DNA of 64,000 bases from the NCBI GenBank assembly GCA_963718875.1, contig OY970378.1:872265-936264 (forward strand), in the 5' to 3' direction. The notes beneath the pieces were generated by a model that searched no databases, was not told the origin of the DNA, and was given only the letters and a program-made list of their open reading frames with translations. The translations under genes and the position numbers were made by a program. Shown here piece by piece: positions 49,857 through 60,162 of the stretch (position 1 is the stretch's first letter; every line of letters starts with the position of its first letter). This DNA comes from Candidatus Parcubacteria bacterium. Its GTDB lineage: Bacteria; Patescibacteriota; Saccharimonadia; UBA4664; JBIOIQ01.

Positions 49857-50066
49857 CTATTTTATGACCGTTTTATTGTTCAAATCCTTGCGATAAAGAC
49901 CAGGATTGTTACAGTATACGTCAGTTGGTAGAACATTAGCAGTAACTCGATCACAAAAAAATTTTTTCTTGATGGCTTCATCACTTAGTGGGCGCGGTTG
50001 AATAGCAAAAACGACGGCAACGATTATAGATATACTTACAAAGCCAAGGATAATAAGCTTCTTCAT
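49857..50066 (-). CDS. Small membrane-anchored hypothetical protein
   Basis: N-terminal TM, Cys pair. Confidence 0.55.
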   Translation of the reverse strand: MKKLIILGFVSISIIVAVVFAIQPRPLSDEAIKKKFFCDRVTANVLPTDVYCNNPGLYRKDLNNKTVIK

Positions 50067-50138
50067 GAAAGTATGATAGCATGGCGAGATTCTTTGATTG
50101 TTCTTATACGTAAACTACATTTTTCGACCTAGGTCTTT

Positions 50139-50636
50139 GTGTGCGATAATGCATTCATGAAAACATTTCTTGAAAACAGTCGGTACGTTGTTCTAGTTGG
50201 CATTATGGGGACCTTTTTGGCACCCCTAGCGTTGTTTTTATTCGGGCTTGCCGGTGTAATTTCGGCAATATGGGACGGCCTAGCGGGTTCAAATCCGTTT
50301 AGCAGCAGTAACATAAAAGAATTAAGCATTGTCTTGGTTAACGCGATTGATATTTTTTTACTGGCAACAGTGGTGTATATAATTGCCCTTGGCTTATATG
50401 AGTTATTTATTGACGAGTCACTTAATCTTCCTCGTTGGCTGGAAGTGCATACTCTTGACGACCTGAAATCCCGCCTTCTGGGGGTAATTGTAGTTCTTTT
50501 ACCCGTGACATTTTTAGGAAAATTAGTGGAGTGGAAACAGGGTCAGGATATACTCTGGCTAGGTTTGGCAGTTGGTGCAGTACTAATTGCTATTGCTGCC
50601 ACACAGCATGTGACGGCGATCAAAGGGAAAAAGTGA
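50139..50636 (+). CDS. YqhA/UPF0114 membrane protein
   Basis: IDIFLLA, GLYELFI, LDDLKSRL. Start may be 50157. Confidence 0.88.
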   Translation: MCDNAFMKTFLENSRYVVLVGIMGTFLAPLALFLFGLAGVISAIWDGLAGSNPFSSSNIKELSIVLVNAIDIFLLATVVYIIALGLYELFIDESLNLPRWLEVHTLDDLKSRLLGVIVVLLPVTFLGKLVEWKQGQDILWLGLAVGAVLIAIAATQHVTAIKGKK

Positions 50637-50657
50637 TGCAGCTCGCTAAGCTTTGGA

Positions 50658-52343
50658 TTAGGTGGCTGACAAAGCTGAGTCAAGTAAGCTGAGTTGATGT
50701 TTTCGATGTTTTTCAAAGGCTTCACGATCGCTGCCATTCTTCTTGATAAATGAAGATAGTCGCTCGGCCCCAATTAAATGAGGGAGCTGAACATACGAAG
50801 CCCCTGCCTCGTACAGAATTTGGGCTTCTTCAAAGTTTGCAGCCGGGCAGATAAAAATGGTGTCGTCTTCGATACCATTAATATGGGCGAGCAACATTTT
50901 ATTAACTTCGATGTCAGGGAGATTACTTATTACCATTTCTGCCCTATGAACAGCCATCTCCTCTAGCAGTTCTATATCGGTGGCATCTCCATATACATGG
51001 GCTATATGCTTACTGTTCAGCATGTCTATTAGATCAGGATCATAGTCTATAACAACGTAGCGTTTTTTCATTTTTCTAAAAGCGTCAATGTACTCGTGCC
51101 CGCCACTTTGATAGCCGATTAGGACAAACGGGTAGTGCCTTAAACCAACTAGCTCTTTGTTGGTCTTGGCGCGCTCAAAAACTGAAAGTGGTTTTTTGAG
51201 CTTGGCGTAAAGTTTATCGTTGTAGTTCATTAAATAGGCGGAGATTATTATAGTGATCAAGGCAGTGAGCGTCATTGTGGTGACTGTTGCCGCACCAAGT
51301 GTGCCAGTTTTCTGTGCCAGTACAACTAAGACGATCGAGAACTCGCTTATTTGAGAGAGGTGAACGGCCGCTTTAAAACCAGTTTGTTTAGTATAGTTGA
51401 GTGCGCCGAGAGTGGACAATATAACTAGTGGTTTCATTGTTATAACAATGGCGGAAAAAATAAGAGCTGGAATGATGGCCTGATATATATTTTCTATGCC
51501 CAATTGGCCGCCAAGCTCAATAAAGAATAGCAGTACAAAAAAATCTCTTAGCGGCTTGAGACGGGTGGTCATTTCTTGCGCATATGGTAAATGCGCAAGA
51601 GTAACCCCGGCAAATAAAGCCCCTACTTCAACTGAAAACCCTGCTAACTGAAAGAGGCTTGCGACACCAAACCCCCAGGCTAATGCCATTAAATACAGTA
51701 GCTCTTGGCTCTGAGCAAAACGCCTTGCAATACGCGGCATAATATATAAGCCAGAGCATGTTAATAGGATCGCGGCCAGGACGCCTTTTGCCAGCAATAA
51801 TCCAAACTCGCCAAAAGTGACAGCAGAGCCTGTGCTTGCCGAAACAAATAAAAGGGCGATTGTAGCCGCCACATCCTCCACCAGCAAAATCCCGATTGCT
51901 ATTTGGCTGTATAGTCTTAGTTGCTCTTTATGGTCAGATATGGCTTTTACAACAATGATAGTACTGCTAAATAGCAAAGCTATGGCTACTATTAAGGCCT
52001 CTTTTATTGAAAAGCCCATTAAGTAGGCTGCTGAAAATCCAATACTTCCAACTACGGCAACGATGGCAAGAAAAGTTAGTATGACTGGCTTTCCAGTGTT
52101 TTTGATAACCCGAGTATTAAGGCCGAGGCCAATCATAAATAACAGCAAAACTATGCCAATTTGGCTAAACGACTCGAAAGCGTCGTGATTATTGGTGAGA
52201 CGTAATAATGACGGCCCAGCTATAAAGCCAGTTAGAATGTAGCCGATGATTAATGGTTGTTTTAGCCACTTGAAGACTAGTGATATGCCAGCTGCCAAAG
52301 CCAAGATAATGCTGAGTTGAAGAAAAAGGGAGTGCCCTGTCAT
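50658..52343 (-). CDS. CPA2 cation:proton antiporter (Kef-like) with a TrkA-N domain
   Basis: KQPLIIGYI, GILLVED, LRDFF, QISEF, YGDATD. Confidence 0.93.
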   Translation of the reverse strand: MTGHSLFLQLSIILALAAGISLVFKWLKQPLIIGYILTGFIAGPSLLRLTNNHDAFESFSQIGIVLLLFMIGLGLNTRVIKNTGKPVILTFLAIVAVVGSIGFSAAYLMGFSIKEALIVAIALLFSSTIIVVKAISDHKEQLRLYSQIAIGILLVEDVAATIALLFVSASTGSAVTFGEFGLLLAKGVLAAILLTCSGLYIMPRIARRFAQSQELLYLMALAWGFGVASLFQLAGFSVEVGALFAGVTLAHLPYAQEMTTRLKPLRDFFVLLFFIELGGQLGIENIYQAIIPALIFSAIVITMKPLVILSTLGALNYTKQTGFKAAVHLSQISEFSIVLVVLAQKTGTLGAATVTTMTLTALITIIISAYLMNYNDKLYAKLKKPLSVFERAKTNKELVGLRHYPFVLIGYQSGGHEYIDAFRKMKKRYVVIDYDPDLIDMLNSKHIAHVYGDATDIELLEEMAVHRAEMVISNLPDIEVNKMLLAHINGIEDDTIFICPAANFEEAQILYEAGASYVQLPHLIGAERLSSFIKKNGSDREAFEKHRKHQLSLLDSALSAT

Positions 52344-52470
52344 TTAGTAGCCCATAATTGCACTTTAATTTTAGCACAAGAACTACACGTTGCGACTGGT
52401 AAAAGCAGGGTTGCAGCGGCAATGAATGCCATACTTCATTTAGCGCAGCCAGGTTTGATATAATTGGGGC

Positions 52471-52890
52471 ATGGGTACAATAAAAACAATTGTCAATGAT
52501 GCGAGTGTAGAAGATTTTTTAAATGCAGTGCCAGATGAGACGAAAAGGAATGATAGCTTTACGCTGCTTAAGTTATTTTCAAAAATTACTGGCGAGAAGC
52601 CTAAAATGTGGGGCGAGAGTATGGTTGGGTTCGGATCTTACCATTATAAATCTCAAAGAAGTAGCCAAGAAGGCGATTGGCCGCTGACCGGGTTTTCACC
52701 CAGAAAGGAGAACCTAACCCTATACATCATGCTCGGGTTCCAGGACTACCAGAGTTTACTAAAAACTCTGGGGAAACATAAAACTAGCGTGGGATGTTTA
52801 TATATTAATAAGCTGGCTGATGTCGACATGACCGTTTTAGAGCAGCTTATTAAAACTTCGTTCGTAGCCATAAAGGAACAGCATAGCTAA
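52471..52890 (+). CDS. DUF1801 family protein
   Basis: MWGESMVGFGSYHY, GFSPRK, LGKHK, CLYINKL. Confidence 0.9.
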   Translation: MGTIKTIVNDASVEDFLNAVPDETKRNDSFTLLKLFSKITGEKPKMWGESMVGFGSYHYKSQRSSQEGDWPLTGFSPRKENLTLYIMLGFQDYQSLLKTLGKHKTSVGCLYINKLADVDMTVLEQLIKTSFVAIKEQHS

Positions 52891-53045
52891 GTCGTTTATT
52901 GTTCTGAGATCAAACCCTGAAATCCGGTCATGCCGTTCTCATTAACTTGTCGCGCTGAGAGACGAGATTTGGTACGGGCAATAACTTTGATTATGGCGGA
53001 TTTTATAACCTGTAGCTCGGTAAACTACATATAGCATGTCTCTCG

Positions 53046-54257
53046 TTATGTCCAATTGTACAGCTGATAAACCATAGTGCTTAGACATAACACAGTACCC
53101 ATATATGGCACGAGGGCAGGTACCGAAATATAGCCTTGATGCTTGGGCGAGCGGCGTTTAATAACGATGAGCGATAAGTTAATGAGCGTGAATATACTAA
53201 GCACTAACAGGCTTGTAAGCTGGGCGAGCGACACTAGCGGAAGCATAATCGTACCCACAATCATTGCTCCCAGCACCACAAGTGTTGCTGTAACAGGTGT
53301 TTTATTTTTACTGTGAATGGTTGCTAGTTTATCGTTCAACCATCCTTGTTTGGCCAGGCCATACAAAATCCGTGACCCCATAATTATTTGCACGATCACG
53401 CCGTTTATGGTGGCAACCATGCCGATAAGGCTTAGGAGCTGCACGTTGCTTGCGCCGCTTCGCTCAAATACCAATGTTAAAGGCGCGCTGCTTTTTGCGA
53501 GCTCTGCTGGTGATACTAAAGTGGTGGCAACGATAACAACCAACAGGTATAGGAAAGTTGATGCGGCTAGAGCAATTAAAATTGCCAGTGGCATCGTCCG
53601 CCGGGGATTCTTTGCCTCTTCGGACACATTAACCATATCCTCAAAGCCAATAAAAGCATAAAAGGCTAAAAAGGCACCCGCTATAACTCCTCCGGTGCCG
53701 ACTGCTGGGTCAATCGTTAGTAGACTGCTCGCCTTTAATGCGCCAAAAGCGCTTCTACCAAACCAAATAATTAGCAAGAGCCCTAACACCTCAATCGCCG
53801 TGAGCACGGCAGCGGTTTTGGCGGATTCGCCGATGCCTTTAAGGGCGATTAATCCTAATAAAAGCAGGAGGCCAACACTGGCAACGACAGGTGGAACGGC
53901 CATAAACGAACTTAGGTAGCCAGCGAAACCTTGTGACAGGGCGGCTGCTGAAGCAATACCACCCGCAACCATGGCCAGCCCAATCAATACCGATAACCAA
54001 CGTTTTCCGAATGCCTTGTGCAAGTACACTGACACACTTGCACTGGCTGGATAGCGGCTAGATAGCTCCATGTAGGAGAAGGCTGCAAATGCGGCAGTGA
54101 CCATAGCTATAATAAACGCTAAAGTCGTGCTTGTCCCCGCGAAACCCGCTACTTTACCGACCAGCACGTAGATACCGGCACCCAGGATATTTCCAAGCCC
54201 ATAAAGTGCAACTAACGGCAGCCCAAGCGACCGCTTTAATCTGATGTTTCTGCTCAT
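53046..54257 (-). CDS. APC-family amino acid permease
   Basis: GNILGAGIY, FYAFIGFED, EEAKNP. Confidence 0.93.
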   Translation of the reverse strand: MSRNIRLKRSLGLPLVALYGLGNILGAGIYVLVGKVAGFAGTSTTLAFIIAMVTAAFAAFSYMELSSRYPASASVSVYLHKAFGKRWLSVLIGLAMVAGGIASAAALSQGFAGYLSSFMAVPPVVASVGLLLLLGLIALKGIGESAKTAAVLTAIEVLGLLLIIWFGRSAFGALKASSLLTIDPAVGTGGVIAGAFLAFYAFIGFEDMVNVSEEAKNPRRTMPLAILIALAASTFLYLLVVIVATTLVSPAELAKSSAPLTLVFERSGASNVQLLSLIGMVATINGVIVQIIMGSRILYGLAKQGWLNDKLATIHSKNKTPVTATLVVLGAMIVGTIMLPLVSLAQLTSLLVLSIFTLINLSLIVIKRRSPKHQGYISVPALVPYMGTVLCLSTMVYQLYNWT

Positions 54258-54460
54258 GCTTGTTATTCTATATCCTTCAGGGCAATGTTGTGATGGTCAA
54301 ATTTCGTCTTTTTTGGCTGCCAACTCAATGATTCTATCTGCGATTTTATAACATCTTGATCGGCGTCAGACCCAGCAACACCAGTAATCAAAATTGATTG
54401 CTTCATGAAGGTAATCATAACAAAAAGATTCTACCAAAGTCTTCTGCGAAAAGTAACGGG

Positions 54461-54760
54461 CTAGCTTCCGGCAAAGGGTGACCCAAAGATGCCAACTGCA
54501 AGCTCTGTCCAAATTAAAAGGACAGATGCTACAATCACGATGGCAATAACGCCCCGGTACTTACCATTAATCTTTGTTGTTACTAATTCATAGACAAGAC
54601 CTGCGCCCATCAGCAAGGTGCCAATAACAACAAAATCCCTCAAGCCCCACTTAACCTCATTACTAAACTGCATTGCCACTAGGGGAACAAGCAAAATAAG
54701 CGCTGTTCCAATAATATAGCGGATAATGTTATTTGCTTTCATGATTTCACTCCTCTTCAT
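54461..54760 (-). CDS. Small three-TM membrane protein
   Basis: PLVAMQF..EVKW...DF, IWTELAVGIFG. Confidence 0.8.
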   Translation of the reverse strand: MKRSEIMKANNIIRYIIGTALILLVPLVAMQFSNEVKWGLRDFVVIGTLLMGAGLVYELVTTKINGKYRGVIAIVIVASVLLIWTELAVGIFGSPFAGS

Positions 54761-54892
54761 TGATTATAGTAGATATGTTTTAATCCTTTAGACAGTTAAG
54801 TCGTTTTTTGACTTTAAACCCACGGCAGTTTACAGAAGGCTCCGGCACACCAGTCTCGGTATATTGATTGCCTGACAAACTTATAGTTGGCT

Positions 54893-55960
54893 TCATTTTA
54901 GCTGCCTGTCGAAAAATTCTACCGATCGACTTAGTGCCACCTGAAGATTATTGGATAGATTGTGGTCGTCCCCAGGATAGGTAAATATTTCTGACGGCTT
55001 ACCTGCGGCTTGCATTTGACTGTGCAAGTTTTCAGAAAAAGCCACCGGGACATCAATATCGTTTGTACCATGGTGAAGCTGAAGCGAGCCTGATATATCT
55101 TTCAAATAGGAGTTGGCTGATATTGAATCCCAAAATTCTTTATTCTGCTCAGGAGAACCGTTGTCTTGCGTTAGTCGCTGCCGCCAGCCGCGCCGTGATG
55201 CTGATTGTGGCGCACTCGAGCTAGACGGAGGGCGCCAGCCAATCAAGTCGGGATAAGAGGCAACTACACCGCCCCAAATCACACCAGCCTTTACATCTTT
55301 GCTAGTTACCATATTGCGTAAAGTAATATACCCTCCCATCGAGTGGCCCCACATTCCAACCTTTTGAGGGTTAGCCTCGGCATAGCGCTTGATTGAGGCC
55401 ACTGCATTCAAGACATCAATCGTGTAAGAATTTGAGCCGTACCCCGAAGGGTTACCCTCGGAGTTACCATGTCCTCTGTAATCCGGCTTAAATAAAATAT
55501 ACCCTGAGCTAGAAAAAGCATCGGTGTATGCTAGATAGCGCTCAGTGGTACTGTATTCAGATGGGGGTATGTATCCGTGGTTAAACACTACTATTGGCCA
55601 GCCATCCTGAGGCTTTCCTCCGTTTGGGACTGTAAGTAAAGCGTAAATTTTGAGACCCTCAGACCTATATGAGGTAATGTAGCGTTGGTAATTCGAACCG
55701 GCTGCTAGCTGCTGCTCAATTACAATATCGCTGCCTGAGTACTCACCATTTCGCAATGATTCTATTGCTAAGGGATGTACCTGACGTGGTGGCCCTCCTT
55801 TGTCTTCTTCGATTTGGCCAGTGTACGGCACTACTTTGGTCTTAGTAAGCAAGTTTCCACCATACAATCCGGCCGCTATTAATATACTGAGGAAGCCAGC
55901 TGCGAAAACTATAAAGCGCTTATTTTTGAATTTAAAATTTTTAATCAATGTCACCCCCAT
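54893..55960 (-). CDS. Membrane-anchored alpha/beta hydrolase (peptidase S9-like)
   Basis: NHGYIPP, DYRGHG, GHSMGG, HHGTND, DDHN. Confidence 0.92.
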   Translation of the reverse strand: MGVTLIKNFKFKNKRFIVFAAGFLSILIAAGLYGGNLLTKTKVVPYTGQIEEDKGGPPRQVHPLAIESLRNGEYSGSDIVIEQQLAAGSNYQRYITSYRSEGLKIYALLTVPNGGKPQDGWPIVVFNHGYIPPSEYSTTERYLAYTDAFSSSGYILFKPDYRGHGNSEGNPSGYGSNSYTIDVLNAVASIKRYAEANPQKVGMWGHSMGGYITLRNMVTSKDVKAGVIWGGVVASYPDLIGWRPPSSSSAPQSASRRGWRQRLTQDNGSPEQNKEFWDSISANSYLKDISGSLQLHHGTNDIDVPVAFSENLHSQMQAAGKPSEIFTYPGDDHNLSNNLQVALSRSVEFFDRQLK

Positions 55961-56357
55961 CTATGAAAATTATAGCAAAATGGGTAGGATTTTGTGGTCG
56001 TTATTTACAGTAGTAACACTAAAAAAGTAGCTGGACAGTATAAGTCTCGGGTCGTGCATAGTAGGAGTCCCTGTATAGGTCTTTTGGTCTGATGTGGTAC
56101 GTGTGACTAGAACAGCAAGTGGATATAATAATGGGCCAACAATAAGCAAAAGCCCTAACAAGGGTAGTCTGCGTTTTGTTAATAAGACGAAACCAGTTGC
56201 AACAACACTAAGCACGATGAGCATAAAAATCGACAAAATTATTATGTTAAGCTCTGCCCAAATGAGTGAAATTACGCATAAAGTTTGAAAAACATTGAGG
56301 TCGATAGCTACCGCTGTAAATTTGAGCAGTCGGTGCGCTTGAACATACGCTATAATA

Positions 56358-57062
56358 GTGTGCATGGAGCTGTTTAACTTTCTGTTGCATATTGATCAGT
56401 ATTTACTGGCCATAGTTGGCCAACTCGGTATATTCAGCTATTTCTTACTTTTTTTGATCATTTTTGCCGAAACCGGTTTGGTGATCATGCCGTTCTTACC
56501 GGGCGACTCGCTGCTGTTCGCGGTTGGCACCCTGGCCGGAGGTGGCCATTTGAATATTTTTATTCTGTTGCCTACCTTGATTTTAGCCGCCATATTAGGC
56601 GACTCACTAAATTATTGGATTGGCTACCGTGTAGGAGCGCGGGCGTTTGCCGGTAAAAACTCAAGGATTTTTAAAATGCAGTACTTAAAGCAAACCGAAG
56701 ACTTCTATGCTAAGCATGGTGGCAAGACAATCATACTTGCTAGGTTTGTTCCGCTAGTTCGGACCTTTGCCCCGTTTGTGGCTGGAGTAGGCGGAATGCG
56801 TTATACGGTGTTCTTTGCCTACAACGTAATCGGTGCTTTGCTGTGGGTCTTTGGCTTAACTATGGCCGGTTACTTCTTTGGGCAAATCCCCTTCATTAAA
56901 TCTAATTTTGAGTATGCTATTTTGGGGATAGTAGCCGTCTCAGTGTTGCCAGCCGCCATCGAAGTTTTTAAGCACAAGCGCAAGAGCAAAACAGAGAAAA
57001 TGAAACCAGAGGTTCTTAAGCAAAATTTGGAAAAAGTTTTCGATGAAAAAGGGTTAAACTAA
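56358..57062 (+). CDS. dedA: DedA family membrane protein
   Basis: FAETGL, LPGDSLLF, ARFVPLVRTFAPFVAG. Confidence 0.93.
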   Translation: MCMELFNFLLHIDQYLLAIVGQLGIFSYFLLFLIIFAETGLVIMPFLPGDSLLFAVGTLAGGGHLNIFILLPTLILAAILGDSLNYWIGYRVGARAFAGKNSRIFKMQYLKQTEDFYAKHGGKTIILARFVPLVRTFAPFVAGVGGMRYTVFFAYNVIGALLWVFGLTMAGYFFGQIPFIKSNFEYAILGIVAVSVLPAAIEVFKHKRKSKTEKMKPEVLKQNLEKVFDEKGLN

Positions 57063-57069
57063 GCGTGTA

Positions 57070-57390
57070 GCTCAACTTTATGACCCGCACCACTTCTCCA
57101 ACTGAACGTTGAGGTGGAATCGATACGAGCATATGTATGTGATCTGATTCACCATCGATTTCTTTGATAATGAGGCCTGGATGATACTCAGACATGTGCC
57201 TTAAATAGTTTTTTTGAGATAGACCAGCATGCTCTTGTTTAAGGCCTCCCGTCGATATTTGGTCGGCCATACCAAATGGTAGTCACATGCAAAGACTAAA
57301 GTGTGATGTGCGTCGGTATACAGACATAATGCTATCTTTACGCCGAAGACACGGGAAAGTACTTCGTCCCACGAGCTTACGCTCGGGGAA
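57070..57390 (-). mobile_element. IS200/IS605 tnpA remnant (frameshifted, 3'-truncated)
   Basis: ATG 57327 MSVYRRTSH / VFACDYHLVWPTKYRR / ESDHIHMLVSIPP (HUH motif) in different frames. Hairpins at ~57350-57388. Confidence 0.85.
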
Positions 57391-57415
57391 CCAAGGGTGA
57401 AGTATTAGAGTGATT

Positions 57416-58156
57416 CTAACTCAAATGCTTGTCCAAAAATTGGCCCACAATCGCGTTCACTTCCGCAACTGCTTCGGATTGTAGCCGGTAATCATGAACT
57501 GAGTGTATTTTTTGAATCATTTTTGGCTCTGACAAGGATAGGTATATTTCTTCAACACGTTGAGGTTCCGTAAACTCATCTTCGTCACCATAAATTAATA
57601 GTTTTGCCATATTAAACTTTTGAAGCGCTGCCATTGGGTTATATTGTGCCCCGTCTTTGAAGTAGCCAATAGGAAGCTCAAATCTTTTTTGCTCTTTTGA
57701 TTTGATTGCTCCAGGCGGAAGGTCACGGTATTCAATATTAAACCCAGTTTGGATGGCCTCTTTACTAGGAGGCGAAGGCGGCCCATAAGAAGCCATTATT
57801 GCGACTATGCCTGAAACGGCTGGATTAGACGATGCCAGCATCGCAACCGCACCTCCTCGGCTATGTCCAAGAAGCAGAGTAGGCTTGTTGCCAAAATGCT
57901 CGATGACTTCATTTATGACATTGTTGTAGGTTGTAGTGGAATAATTTTGAATGTCACCGGGACTTTCCCATGTACCTGGGGGATCAAAAGATAATGCATA
58001 GTACCCTCGATCAGCCATTAGATCCACGAGGCTTGTATTGTGAATGTAGTCTTTGGAGTCTAGGCGTCCTGGAAGTATAAGGGCCAACTTAGAGGATTTT
58101 TCGTCACCTCTGGCATAGACTGCCAATTCATAGCTTTTGGTCTTGACCGTGTTCAT
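57416..58156 (-). CDS. Alpha/beta hydrolase
   Basis: GHSRGG nucleophile, GDEDE, HDY. Confidence 0.88.
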   Translation of the reverse strand: MNTVKTKSYELAVYARGDEKSSKLALILPGRLDSKDYIHNTSLVDLMADRGYYALSFDPPGTWESPGDIQNYSTTTYNNVINEVIEHFGNKPTLLLGHSRGGAVAMLASSNPAVSGIVAIMASYGPPSPPSKEAIQTGFNIEYRDLPPGAIKSKEQKRFELPIGYFKDGAQYNPMAALQKFNMAKLLIYGDEDEFTEPQRVEEIYLSLSEPKMIQKIHSVHDYRLQSEAVAEVNAIVGQFLDKHLS

Positions 58157-58259
58157 ACCCTACCTGTATCGCTTTCAAGTTATTAATTAAGCATAAAGTA
58201 TTTTTGCTGGGCATAGTTGGCGAGGTTAGAACCTTAATGCGTGGATCGCTGGTGACTAT

Positions 58260-58619
58260 TCAACGCGTATCAACGTACTCGCTTTGATCAATTGTTAATT
58301 TAGTCCCTGGCAAAGAAACTGTAACTGCGTCATTATTATCATCCCAGGTAACATGTATGTTCCCAAGAGAATATGGAATATTATAAACAATACCCCTATT
58401 AGGAGAAGGCCCAATAAGTAAGGTATTGCTCCCGCCTAAAAAGCCAGGAGTAGCTCGATAATAGGCACAATACTCCGTATTGGTAATACTTGGGTTTAAT
58501 TTATGACAAGAAAGCTTGGTTTGTTTGGATATGCCATATACCAAAAACTGATAAGCAATTGTTAAAAATAATCCCGTTACAATACTAAGTATTGGGAACA
58601 TAATACGCTTTAATTTCAT
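58260..58619 (-). CDS. Low-GC hypothetical protein with an N-terminal TM
   Basis: 119-aa ORF next to the tRNA-derived repeat. Confidence 0.6.
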   Translation of the reverse strand: MKLKRIMFPILSIVTGLFLTIAYQFLVYGISKQTKLSCHKLNPSITNTEYCAYYRATPGFLGGSNTLLIGPSPNRGIVYNIPYSLGNIHVTWDDNNDAVTVSLPGTKLTIDQSEYVDTR

Positions 58620-58700
58620 TGTTACATTATAGTATTTACGGTGGCCAAATCCTATATAGATATACTACGCTTATCGTATATTGATAACATAATAATTTCT

Positions 58701-58869
58701 TGGCTGGGGAGGAAGGATTACATTCTGTATCCATCGTCGCATGCTTGAAGTAAACTTCTGTGCGTGCTCCTCGTAATCGAACCTTCCGTTCGCTTAAGCT
58801 CACTCTTCCGGTTCTCATCGTATCATCCCAGCCAAAAAGACCCGAGACAAGCTCAGGTCTTTTTGGCTG
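58701..58869. repeat. tRNA-Gln-derived repeat, copy 2, with closing stem and terminator-like hairpin
   Basis: 58701-58786 matches 59507-59592 with 2 mismatches. TCCCAGCCA (58826-58834) can pair with the start. Hairpin at 58829-58869. Confidence 0.85.
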
Positions 58870-59023
58870 AGCATGGGGTCATTATTCCAAACTTTTGACG
58901 ACCTAGAAATCTATTATAGATAAAGAAAAATATGGGTGTGAGCCATACCATCTTATGTTAAACAGCACTCGGTTTACTTACAGCTAATTGTACTTGAAAT
59001 GGAATAGCTGTATTCTGTAAATT

Positions 59024-59419
59024 ATGAACCGATTTACTGCATGGACCGGGGAAAACCTCTCGCAAGAGTTAGACATACAAATAGAAGATAATAAGATTAG
59101 CTTGTTGCAGACAGACAGCCAGCTACTAAACTCCGACCTGGCTATAATTAAGATTTATAAACATAACGGGCGCGGAGTCCTCTACGAAATTGCCGACAAT
59201 AAGAAAAGTATTTGGCTTACTTTTGCTCAACCTTGGCTTCGAAATCTTAAGGATCTGATACTGCAAATTCGGAGAGAACGTAGTATGAATAAACGGTTTG
59301 AGAGAGCGATTACAGAGAACGGTGGCAATATAACCGCAAGACGATCAATCTCTCAATTCATAGTACATATAGTCAGTTTATTGTTAGTATTACTTGTTAT
59401 CTTGATGTTCACAAATTAG
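59024..59419 (+). CDS. Low-GC hypothetical protein between the tRNA-derived repeats
   Basis: 131-aa ORF with a C-terminal TM. Confidence 0.55.
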   Translation: MNRFTAWTGENLSQELDIQIEDNKISLLQTDSQLLNSDLAIIKIYKHNGRGVLYEIADNKKSIWLTFAQPWLRNLKDLILQIRRERSMNKRFERAITENGGNITARRSISQFIVHIVSLLLVLLVILMFTN

Positions 59420-59506
59420 TTTTGATATTAGCATAAAATCAGTAACTTAGTGGAACAATGCTGGCTGGGGAGAAGGTACTATGGTGGTCGATCAATACAC
59501 TCTTTT

Positions 59507-59643
59507 TGGCTGGGGAGGAAGGATTACATTCTGTATCCATCGTCGCACGCTCGAAGTAAACTTCTGTGCGTGCTCCTCGTAATCGAACCTTCGATCTCTT
59601 GAGCCAGAATCAAGCGCCTTATCCGCCTTAGGCGGACCACTCC
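59507..59643 (-). pseudogene. tRNA-Gln(CTG)-like copy with a 58-nt T-loop insertion and altered D-arm
   Basis: Colinear with the adjacent tRNA. Insertion at 59526-59583, palindrome TCCGCCTTAGGCGGA in the D-arm, 5' acceptor strand degenerate. Confidence 0.8.
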
Positions 59644-59656
59644 TTAATTGCTCATT

Positions 59657-59731
59657 TGGCTGGGGAAGTAGGATTCGAACCTACGATCTCCTGAGCCAGA
59701 ATCAGGCGCCTTACCGCTTGGCCATTCCCCA
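59657..59731 (-). tRNA. tRNA-Gln (CTG)
   Basis: TGGGGAA...CCTGA-TTCTGGC-TCAGG...GTAGG-TTCGAAT-CCTAC-TTCCCCA-G-CCA cloverleaf. Confidence 0.97.
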
Positions 59732-59767
59732 GCAGATGAGCAATTACAATTCCAGATTATTTAAGAA

Positions 59768-59983
59768 TTACCGGTCTTTACCAGTCTTTAAAAAACTCTC
59801 AAGCTTTTTTGCTTCGGATTTTGTTTCATATCTTTCCGAATAAACCAGCTTCCAGGGACCACGATTCTTAGTATAGCGAGACTTACCTTCGTTATGCCAG
59901 ATCAGCCTAACTTCCACTTGCGAAGAATAGCCAACATAGTGCGTTCCTAAGGATTCACTTTTCAAAACATAGGTAGTAAACAT
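59768..59983 (-). CDS. Small GIY-YIG nuclease family protein
   Basis: MFTTYVLKS...HYVG...RL..HN.G...YTK..GPWKLVYSE...A...E..LK. Confidence 0.88.
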   Translation of the reverse strand: MFTTYVLKSESLGTHYVGYSSQVEVRLIWHNEGKSRYTKNRGPWKLVYSERYETKSEAKKLESFLKTGKDR

Positions 59984-60162
59984 TTTTAGTTTCTTTTCTA
60001 GATTCCCTACCCGAAGCGCCAAGCCAGGCAATGGTTGGGCTTGGCTTTCCAATTCAGCCTTCGTAGCCACTTCGGCGAAGTAGGCTAGGGAATGACAGAT
60101 ACGGTGGTTTGAGGATTCACAGTCAAGCCTTAAACCCAAGAACTGGGTAATTGTACCTGTTT

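Noticed and set aside
54297-54410. MKQSILITGVAGS fragment
   Set aside because: Internally deleted kinase-like remnant, too short to call.
55970-56365. 131-aa hydrophobic minus-strand ORF
   Set aside because: It overlaps the dedA start and has no recognisable motif. It may be a real or remnant gene but is unsupported.
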